A stretch of 64,000 nucleotides of DNA, from NCBI GenBank assembly GCA_964464735.1, contig CAYXKF010000003.1:3808-67807 (forward strand), read 5' to 3'. Positions 55,071-63,367 of this stretch are shown here, one piece after another. A program made the position numbers and the translations under genes. The notes below the pieces were generated by a model. It was not told where the DNA came from, did no database searches, and worked only from the letters and a program-made list of their open reading frames with translations. Numbering within the stretch: position 1 is the stretch's first letter; each line of letters starts with the position of its first letter. This stretch comes from an uncultured Candidatus Saccharibacteria bacterium (GTDB lineage: Bacteria; Patescibacteriota; Minisyncoccia; Phycocordibacterales; UBA1006).

Positions 55071-55376
55071 ATGGCAGCAAATCAAATAACTGGCGTTGTT
55101 CGAAATATAACCCTTAGAATATTAGAACAGGCACGCTTAGAAAAGAAACAGCTTTCGGTAGTACTTGTTGGCGAAGACAATACCATTTTCATGTCTCCCG
55201 AACTGACAGACATACAAAAATCGGATGGTACCACTTATATAGCAGATATAGAAGGAAAAGGAAGTGTTGCAATAGTGCAAAGAGACGAAAATATCCTAAA
55301 CTTTACCTTTTACGGCTATGACCGGCTTGAAGAAACACCTAAGGACGATTTAGAACATCAAGCAACAAGAGTTTAA
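55071..55376 (+). CDS. hypothetical protein (101 aa)
   Basis: Clean ORF followed by two tandem bidirectional terminators. Confidence 0.4.
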   Translation: MAANQITGVVRNITLRILEQARLEKKQLSVVLVGEDNTIFMSPELTDIQKSDGTTYIADIEGKGSVAIVQRDENILNFTFYGYDRLEETPKDDLEHQATRV

Positions 55377-55399
55377 ATTCTTATTGCAACTTTATAAAA

Positions 55400-55472
55400 A
55401 ACGCCCTTTATAGGGCGCTTTTTAGTACAAAGAAAAAACCCTCCGTACGCGTTCGGAAGGCTTTTTCTTTTT
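55400..55472. terminator. two tandem bidirectional terminators between the 101-aa gene and HU
   Basis: CGCCC-tttata-GGGCG followed by CTTTTT, and CCTCCG-tacgcgtt-CGGAAGG followed by CTTTTTCTTTTT. Both give T-runs on the reverse strand. Confidence 0.65.
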
Positions 55473-55482
55473 AGATAACTAA

Positions 55483-55764
55483 TTACTTAGTCTTAGCCAC
55501 AGCGTCTTTCAAAACTTTTGAAGGACGGAACTTAGGCTTTTTGCTGGCAGGAACCGCTACCGGTTCGCCAGTCTTAGGGTTTCGGGCAGTTCGCGCTGCG
55601 CGCTTTGCTACCAAAAACTTGCCGAATCCTGCAATGTCTACCGTGTCGCCTTTCAGCATAGCGGTAGTCATTGATTCGAAGATTTGTTCCACAAGAGTTT
55701 GTGATTGGATTTTAGTTCCTCCAATCGTCTCGTGAATCATTTTTGCAATGTCAGTTTTCTTCAT
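55483..55764 (-). CDS. hup: HU/IHF-family nucleoid-associated DNA-binding protein
   Basis: GFGKF...R.ARNP.TGE beta-arm motif (DIAGFGKFLVAKRAARTARNPKTGEPV). Confidence 0.9.
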   Translation of the reverse strand: MKKTDIAKMIHETIGGTKIQSQTLVEQIFESMTTAMLKGDTVDIAGFGKFLVAKRAARTARNPKTGEPVAVPASKKPKFRPSKVLKDAVAKTK

Positions 55765-55917
55765 ATGAAGTGTTTACTAATTGCTATCAACATTCGACCA
55801 CTTCGACAAAGGGTGGCGCAGATGTTCTAGGGCTATTATACGACAAGGGGTTTTTGTAATGCAAGTATAGACACACAACTGTAAGTGTAGTCAAATGTAT
55901 TGGAAAATAAGGAGTTT

Positions 55918-57438
55918 TTAACGAGCGTATTCAATGACGCGGCTTTCGCGAATAACCGTAACCTTGATTTCTCCTGGATATTTAAGGTCTTGTTCAATGC
56001 GGTCGGCAATATTGCGCGCCAAACTTTTTGACTCGGCGTCAGACATTTCGCCTGGGCGGACAAACACGCGAACCTCACGTCCGGCAGACAGGGCATAGGC
56101 TTTTTCAATACCATCAAAGCTTGTTGCAACTGTTTCAAGGTCTTGCAACCGCTTAATATAGTTTTCAACCGTATCCCGGCGCGCTCCCGGGCGGGCACCA
56201 GAAACATTGTCGGCAGCTTGGACAATGACAGCTTCGATTGATTCGTGGGGAACATCATCGTGGTGCGACTTCATTGCAGTCACAATGCGCGGATCGGCGC
56301 CAAACTTTTGCAAAATACGAATACCAATATCCACGTGCGTCCCCTGTACTTCGTGATCAAGCGCCTTGCCGATGTCGTGCACTAAGGCACCAGCCTTAGC
56401 AATCGCCACGTCCGCCTTTAATTCTTCGGCAAGCATGCCGGCAATATGTGCCATTTCGACACTGTGCTGCAATACGTTTTGCCCGTAACTGGTACGGAAA
56501 TACAAACGACCCAAAATCGCGACGATGCGCGGATCAAGGTTTAGTACGCCCACTTCCATTACAGCTTGTTCGCCTTTTTCCTTGATAATCTTATTAATTT
56601 CTTCTTTTGCCTTATCGACAAATTCCTCGATCTTTGCAGGCTGGATACGTCCGTCCAAAATTAAGTTCTCAAGCGCTAACCGTGCGATCTGTCGGCGAAT
56701 CGGGTCAAAGCTTGAAATAATAATTGCACCCGGAGTTTCATCAACAATTAATTCGACGCCCGCGGCGCGTTCAAACGACTTAATGTTGCGGCCTTCTTTA
56801 CCAATAATCTTACCCTTAAGATCCTCGTTAGGAATCGCAACGTTGGTCGTCGTTACATCGGCAGCAGTGCTGCTGGCCAAGCGCTGAATGGCAGTCACCA
56901 AAATTTCTTGCGCGCGCTTATCAAACTTTTCACGGTTTGATGTTTCAAGTTTTTGCATTTGCACCATCAAGTCTTGGCTATAGCGCTCTTCGGCTTCTTT
57001 GATAATTTGTTCTTTTGCTTCTTCGGCCGACAACGATGCGACTTTCTCTAGTTCAGCTTTTTTCGCGTCACGCACGCCTTCAATCTCGGTTTTAATAGCC
57101 GCAACTTCTTCGACTTTTGATTTTAATGATTCTGATTCCTTGTCGATATCAAGCTGGCGCTTGTCCAAAAATTCTTCTTTTTTAATCAGGCGCTCGTGCT
57201 CGCTTTTTAAGTCGTCGCGCTTTTGCTTTTCTTCGCTTTTCGCTTCGGCAATTATTTTTTCAGCCTTTGCTTCGGCTTCACGCACGACTTTTTGCGCTTC
57301 TTCTTTTGCAGCAATACCAATTTGCTTTACCTCGATCTCTAGCGTTTTCTTTTTTGCGAGCAAATAAATAGTGCGCCCAGCATAGCCTAAAACTGCTCCA
57401 AGAAGCAGGGCAATAAGTGCTATAAGAATTGTTCCCAT
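55918..57438 (-). CDS. rny: ribonuclease Y
   Basis: N-terminal TM helix plus coiled coil. KH domain (KGKIIGKEGRNIKSFERAAGVEL). HD domain (HSVEMAHIAGMLA...VHDIGK). Confidence 0.92.
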   Translation of the reverse strand: MGTILIALIALLLGAVLGYAGRTIYLLAKKKTLEIEVKQIGIAAKEEAQKVVREAEAKAEKIIAEAKSEEKQKRDDLKSEHERLIKKEEFLDKRQLDIDKESESLKSKVEEVAAIKTEIEGVRDAKKAELEKVASLSAEEAKEQIIKEAEERYSQDLMVQMQKLETSNREKFDKRAQEILVTAIQRLASSTAADVTTTNVAIPNEDLKGKIIGKEGRNIKSFERAAGVELIVDETPGAIIISSFDPIRRQIARLALENLILDGRIQPAKIEEFVDKAKEEINKIIKEKGEQAVMEVGVLNLDPRIVAILGRLYFRTSYGQNVLQHSVEMAHIAGMLAEELKADVAIAKAGALVHDIGKALDHEVQGTHVDIGIRILQKFGADPRIVTAMKSHHDDVPHESIEAVIVQAADNVSGARPGARRDTVENYIKRLQDLETVATSFDGIEKAYALSAGREVRVFVRPGEMSDAESKSLARNIADRIEQDLKYPGEIKVTVIRESRVIEYAR

Positions 57439-57610
57439 AATAGTGTGGGCGGGAGTTTTTAAAGCAACCCCCGCGGGGTGCCAAAAATGACACAGTTAAG
57501 TAAATAAAATGGTTGAGAATGCAGCCGCCCAGGCAAAAAAATAAGAGTGAGTAACAACCTATATGTATAGTACTTGCATTTTAGGTAAAAGCAAGGTTGT
57601 GCTTATTACA

Positions 57611-57632
57611 AAAAAACTCCCCCAAGGGGAGC
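57611..57632 (-). terminator. clpP intrinsic terminator
   Basis: On the minus strand, GGCTCCCC-ttg-GGGGAG followed by TTTTTTT, immediately after the clpP stop. Confidence 0.6.
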
Positions 57633-57639
57633 CTTTTGT

Positions 57640-58239
57640 TTATTTTCGCTTCTTGATGATCTCGTCGACAAGGCCGTATTTTTTCGCTTCATCGGCCGAC
57701 ATCCAGTAATCACGATCGGCATCCTGGGCGACTTTTTCAATTTTTTGTCCGCTTGCGTCGGCAAGCATTTTATTAAGGCGGTCGCGGGTTTTCAAAATTT
57801 GGCGCGCATTGATTTCAATATCCGATGCCTGTCCTTGTGCTCCACCCAACGGCTGATGGATCATGATTTCAGAATTGGGCAGGGCAAAGCGCTTACCCTT
57901 TGCGCCCTGCGACAAAATCATCGCACCCATCGATGCGGCCATACCGATACAAATTGTTTGCACATCGGGCTTGATAAAATGCATCGTATCAATAATCGCC
58001 AATCCGGCTGACACATGTCCGCCGGGCGAGTGGATATAAATTTGGATATCCTTTTTTGAGTCTTCTTGCTCAAGATGAAGCAACTGCGCAATAACTAAGT
58101 TCGCAACAGTATCATCGATTGGTCCGCCCAAAAAAATGATGCGCTCTTTCAATAGGCGAGAATAGATATCGTATGCGCGTTCGCCAAGATTTGTTTTTTC
58201 GATAACGGTTGGGACTAAATATGACATATATAAATTCAT
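57640..58239 (-). CDS. clpP: ATP-dependent Clp protease proteolytic subunit ClpP
   Basis: Catalytic Ser motif GMAASMGA. The N-terminus [30 protein letters not shown] matches ClpP. The likely start is MSYLVP (58227). Confidence 0.93.
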   Translation of the reverse strand: MNLYMSYLVPTVIEKTNLGERAYDIYSRLLKERIIFLGGPIDDTVANLVIAQLLHLEQEDSKKDIQIYIHSPGGHVSAGLAIIDTMHFIKPDVQTICIGMAASMGAMILSQGAKGKRFALPNSEIMIHQPLGGAQGQASDIEINARQILKTRDRLNKMLADASGQKIEKVAQDADRDYWMSADEAKKYGLVDEIIKKRK

Positions 58240-58343
58240 TTAAGCTTGTACTGGGCTAGTATATACCCATGTTTGCAATCTGTCCACTATCGCGAAAAGA
58301 TTGCAAATAACCAACAAACCGCCCTTTTGGGGCGGCTTTGGTA

Positions 58344-59390
58344 TTATTTTTGTGATTCAAGAAATTCGATAACCTTTTTGTTCGTTATTGATGACACCAC
58401 ATAAGCGCGAACATTCGCTTCATCTAATTGCTTGTCGCCATAATGCTCTTTAATATGAGCGACTTCGTGCGAAACTTCTTCGTCGGTCGGTGCAATTTTC
58501 TCGGCAGTTGCAATATGATTAAGTACCAGTTGCATCTTGGCGCGCTTTTCGGCCTCGGCATACCATTCGGTCTTAATGTCATTTCGCGTCTTGTTTGACT
58601 GCTTAAGATAGCCATCCAATGTTATACCGCCGCGGCTTAAGTCTTGTTCAAGCTGCGCCAGCATTTTTGACAGTTCGTAATCAACCAACATTTCAGGAAC
58701 CTCACCTTTGGTGTCGGCAACGATCGCTTCAAGCAAGTCTGCACGGCGCTTGTCGCGGGCACGATCAATTTTTTCGGCTGCCATGTTTTCGGTAAGCTTT
58801 TCAATAAACTGTGCCTTTGATTCAAAACCGCCAAATGATTTTACCATTTCGTCGGTTAATTCAGGAAGCTCGTCATCTTTAATATCAGCCATTTTTACTT
58901 CGGGATTGGTCGCAACTTTTTCGTGATGCGCACGAAAACGAAGCAGTTCTTTAAGGGCAGAATCAATTTCGCTTTGGGGAACTTCGGTGTCCATTTTTTC
59001 ACCCATTACTTTTTTTGCCGCTTTTTTATAATCACCCACATTAATGTCAGGGAGCACGGCAGTAACAATGGTGCATTCAAACGGATTTCCAAATGCCAAT
59101 TTTTTAATGACAATCGACGGACGACCAATGGCATCAATTTTTTCCTGTTCGATAATTTTTGGATACGAATCAATGACGGCCAAGTGCGCCATTTCATCAA
59201 GAAGCGCTGCACTGCCAACATGCTTTTTTACGGCATCAAGCGGAGCTTTTCCTTCACGAAAACCATCCATTTTTACATTGTCACGAAGTGATTCAAGCGC
59301 TTTTTGTTCGAAGCCGGCAAATACATCAGCAGGCAAGGTAAGGGCGATTTCTACGGTACTTTTTTCTTTTTTTGTGACTTGTACGTCCAT
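58344..59390 (-). CDS. tig: trigger factor (partial-length, 348 aa)
   Basis: The N-terminal ribosome-binding domain (MDVQVTKKEKSTVEIALTLPADVF...GFREGKAPL) and the C-terminal chaperone arms are recognisable. It is shorter than canonical (about 430 aa), and the PPIase region appears reduced. Confidence 0.8.
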   Translation of the reverse strand: MDVQVTKKEKSTVEIALTLPADVFAGFEQKALESLRDNVKMDGFREGKAPLDAVKKHVGSAALLDEMAHLAVIDSYPKIIEQEKIDAIGRPSIVIKKLAFGNPFECTIVTAVLPDINVGDYKKAAKKVMGEKMDTEVPQSEIDSALKELLRFRAHHEKVATNPEVKMADIKDDELPELTDEMVKSFGGFESKAQFIEKLTENMAAEKIDRARDKRRADLLEAIVADTKGEVPEMLVDYELSKMLAQLEQDLSRGGITLDGYLKQSNKTRNDIKTEWYAEAEKRAKMQLVLNHIATAEKIAPTDEEVSHEVAHIKEHYGDKQLDEANVRAYVVSSITNKKVIEFLESQK

Positions 59391-59715
59391 AAATATAGAG
59401 TGTTTACATCGGTTAACCCCGCCATACTAGCACCTTTTTAAATTTTTGCAAAAACAAAAGAATATGGTATGGTGATGGTAACCCAAAAGCACCTTTATTT
59501 TTTTATTTACCAAACACCCACTTAATTTATGGAGCGATGTCCTTGTACATGGCACATGGAAACCCCTGCATTTCCAATAAGCGTTCTAAATCCACCGGAA
59601 GAGGAACGCCAACATAAGATAAGAGTTATTGGTTTTTTTGGTTAGCAACAATGAAAGCGGTCAACCCTTAAAAGTTGGCCGTTTTTTTATTTGTATCAAA
59701 AAATGTGCGCGTAAA

Positions 59716-60720
59716 TTATTTACGCTTATGCTGCGCATACTCACGAAGATCAGTATACTCGTCGGTTTCGTCAACGATTTCTCCGACCAACTGTTCAATA
59801 ACATCTTCAAGGGTAACGACACCCGCAGTACCACCAAATGGGTCACGAACAACCGCCAAGTGGATACGAGTTTTCTGAAACAGGGTCAAAAGCGCATCAA
59901 GCTTGATGTCTTCTTTTACCATTAATGGCTTTGTCATCATGTCGCTAATTTTGGTGCCGCCTTGGGTATCAGCAATCGCGATTAACAAATCTTTTGTTTG
60001 GCAAAAACCAACAACATCGTCAATATCACGCCCAACAACCGGATAGCGCGAATACGGCGTATCACAAATGATCGCACGCTGTTCGTCAATCGTTTTGTCG
60101 GCATATAAAAATTCAATGACCGTTCGCGGGGTCATCACATCACGCGCCAAAAGGTCGTTCATGCGAAATGCGTTATGGATCAGTTCGTGCTCGTCGGTTT
60201 CAATCGAGCCTTGAGTGCTTCCTAGTTTGGTAAGTGCTTTTAATTCGTCTTCGGACACATGACGGTCATGGCGATGAAAAAATTTAGTCACATGGTGTAA
60301 CACCCATACCAAAGGATAGAGCGCAAGCATCACAATGTGCAGTGCGCGAGCACTGTAGCGCGCAATAACCGCAGCGTGCAATTGGCCAATGGTTTTAGGA
60401 ATGATCTCGCTTGCGATGATCATGGTAAGCGTTAATATGGCCGATACCAACCCAAGCCATGCTTCGCCCAATAAGCGAGTTGTTAAAAACGCGACGATCA
60501 TAGTACCCACGGTAACAATGGTGTTATTTAAAATAACAATTGTGACAATAGGTTCACCGGGCTGTGCCTTTAACTTTTTAAGTTCAGCAGACCCTACAAG
60601 GCCTTTTTGCACGGCAACCTCGATTTCGCCTTGGCTTACGGTAAAAAACGCCGTTTCAACAATAACAATAATGGCGGTTAAAAGGACAACAAAAAATGCT
60701 ACGAGAATGATTATTCCCAT
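59716..60720 (-). CDS. CNNM/DUF21-CBS-CorC_HlyC family membrane protein (putative divalent-cation transporter/hemolysin-like)
   Basis: N-terminal DUF21 TM region. A CBS pair. A C-terminal CorC/HlyC transporter-associated domain (GGTAGVVTLEDVIEQLVGEIVDE). Confidence 0.8.
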   Translation of the reverse strand: MGIIILVAFFVVLLTAIIVIVETAFFTVSQGEIEVAVQKGLVGSAELKKLKAQPGEPIVTIVILNNTIVTVGTMIVAFLTTRLLGEAWLGLVSAILTLTMIIASEIIPKTIGQLHAAVIARYSARALHIVMLALYPLVWVLHHVTKFFHRHDRHVSEDELKALTKLGSTQGSIETDEHELIHNAFRMNDLLARDVMTPRTVIEFLYADKTIDEQRAIICDTPYSRYPVVGRDIDDVVGFCQTKDLLIAIADTQGGTKISDMMTKPLMVKEDIKLDALLTLFQKTRIHLAVVRDPFGGTAGVVTLEDVIEQLVGEIVDETDEYTDLREYAQHKRK

Positions 60721-60729
60721 GAAGTGTAA

Positions 60730-61647
60730 TTATTTGTGAGTACGAAGTGGGATGATAAAAGTATTCGCAGATACGTTTGACACATCCGAAATAACGGCAA
60801 CCAAATCTTCTTTTGCATCATTCTTATCAAGCGTTGCTGACGCAGTGATACCAAAATCGTTCTGAGCAATTGCAGTCTTTGCAACTTCTTTTGCACCGTT
60901 AATTGTTTGGATGCTTACTGATCCAAAAGCGCTTCCATTAGTATTCCAGCCATGCTGGCAAAGCACAGTATCTTTTTGTGCGAATTTCAACGTAACAACA
61001 TTTGCATCATTTGATGCGACATACAACGTATCGCTGCTTGGGCCAAACGAACATGCACTAAATGACAACAGGTGCGCAGGAATATTTGCCGTCCGAAGCG
61101 CTTCGACGCGTTCAAGCGATGCGACGCCCATATCGGCGATAATCGATTTTGCAGCAGCCACTTGCGCTTCAAATTCGGCAATGGTTTCTTTTGCGGCATT
61201 TTTTCGGTACGCAACCATGGCGGCAATAGTTTGAGCCAATTGATCCTCATCGTCGGCAATTGTCACCTTTGCAGCAATGTTTGCATCGGGCGTATACGCA
61301 TCTTCAAGTGCCCCCATATACTGCGAAGTCTCGGCAAGATACACCGATGCGGTAGTGAATTTTTGGATCACCTGATCAATAATTGCAAGCGCATCCGCAG
61401 AAAGGGGAGTGCGCGCATCGACACCCAGGCGTTCGCGGATATTTTCGCGGCGTTCGGTCGAAGCGTTCAATTTGCTTTGAAAGAATGACGAAATGATGCC
61501 GTCGTCGGCAAATGCCGGACTGGCCAAAAGAAAAGAGCCCAAAAAGCCCACAGATAATATAGCTATATACTTTTTCATACTGCATGACACTTTAGCATAC
61601 CTGTGGTAAAAAATCAAGCTTTTGCATACAAATATTAGATTTGTCAA
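60730..61647 (-). CDS. secreted hypothetical protein (305 aa)
   Basis: Signal peptide MKKYIAILSVGFLGSFLLASPAFA. Ala-rich. No recognisable domain. Confidence 0.55.
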   Translation of the reverse strand: MTNLIFVCKSLIFYHRYAKVSCSMKKYIAILSVGFLGSFLLASPAFADDGIISSFFQSKLNASTERRENIRERLGVDARTPLSADALAIIDQVIQKFTTASVYLAETSQYMGALEDAYTPDANIAAKVTIADDEDQLAQTIAAMVAYRKNAAKETIAEFEAQVAAAKSIIADMGVASLERVEALRTANIPAHLLSFSACSFGPSSDTLYVASNDANVVTLKFAQKDTVLCQHGWNTNGSAFGSVSIQTINGAKEVAKTAIAQNDFGITASATLDKNDAKEDLVAVISDVSNVSANTFIIPLRTHK

Positions 61648-61663
61648 GTTTTAGAGTGATTGG

Positions 61664-61965
61664 GTGCCATTTTTTATCAGACCTTCCAAAAAACCCGAAT
61701 ATCCGCCTGCTGGCGGATTTCGTCCACCTCGGGGCCTAGCCCCTGCGGTGAGCTTTTTGGAAAGGCCTGATGGGGTTCTTTTTTCGGGAAATTCCCCGCC
61801 TTATCATTTTAAAAGGCTTGGCATACAAGCATTTAGATATGACGAAAGGGATTTTTTAGAAAAAGCCCCGGTTAGTCTTTTTCAAAGGCTTCGCGCAATC
61901 CCCGAGTGCCTGTTCGAGGGGTGAGCGAGAGGAACCGCGCGAGCACGCGCGGATTCTGGTCTTTG
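61664..61965 (+). repeat. copy 2 of the ~290-nt structured repeat element
   Basis: Homologous to 30059..30340 with compensatory changes (ATCCGCC-tgct-GGCGGAT versus ATTTGCC-tgct-GGCAAAT), an identical 29-nt 3' hairpin (GGAACCGCGCGAGCACGCGCGGATTCTGG), and a divergent central region. Lies in the divergent intergenic region upstream of the NUDIX gene at 62048. Confidence 0.75.
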
Positions 61966-62047
61966 AAAAAGATTAACCAAAAATTGGCACCTGTATTTAT
62001 GACTGACACTTAACTTCCTTGTCTTTTCTCTATGCTATAATCCCCGC

Positions 62048-62593
62048 ATGGAAAAGATCGTCTATCAAGGAAAAATCATCGAAGTCGTCGAAAAAACCCG
62101 CGAAGTTAAAGGAAAAGAAAAGTCATTCGAATTTGCCCGCCGATCACCAGGGGTGCGCCTAATTATCCCAACCGAAGGGGGAATTTTAATGACCAAAGAA
62201 TTTCGCTATGAACTAAGCGATTACGACTACCGCCTGCCGGGTGGCAAAGTATTTGATACACTGGCCGAATACAACGCATTTTTAGAAAAAGGTGACGACA
62301 TGGCCATTGCCGCGCAAAACGCCGCAATTAAGGAAGCAAAAGAAGAAGTCGGCATCGACGTAAAAGATATTTCGTACCTGCACACGTCAGTCTGTGGTGC
62401 GACGGTGGTATGGGACTTGTTTTATTTTGTCGTCAATCAGTTCGAAAAATCTACACAGGCGCTTGAGGAAGGTGAAGTGATCGAGGTCGAAACCATTTCG
62501 ACCGAAGAGGTACGCCGAATGTGCCTAAATGGAAAAATGAGCGAAGAACGAAGCGCGTTGGTACTGCTTCGATACCTTGAAAGCCAAAAATAA
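62048..62593 (+). CDS. NUDIX hydrolase
   Basis: Nudix box GGKVFDTLAEYNAFLEKGDDMAIAAQNAAIKEAKEEVGI. A perfect -10 TATAAT ends 6 nt before the ATG. Confidence 0.8.
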   Translation: MEKIVYQGKIIEVVEKTREVKGKEKSFEFARRSPGVRLIIPTEGGILMTKEFRYELSDYDYRLPGGKVFDTLAEYNAFLEKGDDMAIAAQNAAIKEAKEEVGIDVKDISYLHTSVCGATVVWDLFYFVVNQFEKSTQALEEGEVIEVETISTEEVRRMCLNGKMSEERSALVLLRYLESQK

Positions 62594-62630
62594 TCGTTAG
62601 GACAAATTAAAAAGTCGCTATGTGATTAAT

Positions 62631-62648
62631 ATCAGTGTACTAGTACAC
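62631..62648. repeat. 18-bp perfect palindrome CAGTGTACTAGTACACTG
   Basis: Self-complementary 18-mer between convergent NUDIX and ppa genes. An imperfect copy CAGCCTACTAGTACACTG lies at 33405-33422 next to another bidirectional terminator. Confidence 0.5.
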
Positions 62649-62755
62649 TGAAACAAATATTTTTGAGTTTGTAAACGAACGTTTTGAAAACTGCAAAACA
62701 AAATCCCGCTCTATTTTATCAAAGGACGGGATTTTGTTTTTAGAGTAGAAGAATA

Positions 62756-63352
62756 TTAGTCGTTGAACTTTGGAAGATACTCTTTTACATAACGCTCTTG
62801 GCATTCGGCAATAGTCTTTTTTGCCTCATCGGTTCCAAAAAATCCAAGCGGCTTGCATGTCCCGACTTTTTTCAAGTGCTTATAGTACTCAAAATAGTGA
62901 GCGGTTTCTTTTTGCCAATGTTCGCCAAGCTGTTCATACGAAGTGATGTGATCCATTCGTTTGTCGTCGGCAAGAACGGTAATAATTTTATCATCACGCT
63001 CTCCACCATCTTCAAACTTCATAACTCCAATCACGCGAGCTTCAACCAGTGAACCCGGAACAAGGGGCTCAGTAACGTTTGCAATAATAAAATCCAACAT
63101 GTCGCCGTCTTGATCCCACGTTTGAGGAATAAGTCCATATGCAACCGGATAGGCAAGTGATGAATATCCAACACGATCAAGTTTTAACTGACCGGTTTCT
63201 GTAATGAATTCATACTTATTGATTGAGTTTGCATTAATCTCAACAAGTCCGTTTACAACAGTCGCATCTTCGTTGGCATACGCTGGCAATACATGCTGCA
63301 AATTAAGCATATATTTTGAAGGTTTGTGATCAATATTTGCCATATATTTCAA
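62756..63352 (-). CDS. ppa: inorganic pyrophosphatase (family I)
   Basis: Conserved DGDPLD-like and DxDxD Mg-binding motifs (DQDGDMLDFII...KIITVLADDKRMDH). Confidence 0.88.
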   Translation of the reverse strand: MKYMANIDHKPSKYMLNLQHVLPAYANEDATVVNGLVEINANSINKYEFITETGQLKLDRVGYSSLAYPVAYGLIPQTWDQDGDMLDFIIANVTEPLVPGSLVEARVIGVMKFEDGGERDDKIITVLADDKRMDHITSYEQLGEHWQKETAHYFEYYKHLKKVGTCKPLGFFGTDEAKKTIAECQERYVKEYLPKFND

Positions 63353-63367
63353 TAGTTATTTGCTAAA

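Noticed and set aside
55836-56258. 140-aa minus-strand ORF overlapping the 3' part of rny
   Set aside because: It is out of frame inside the well-supported RNase Y gene and is a shadow ORF.
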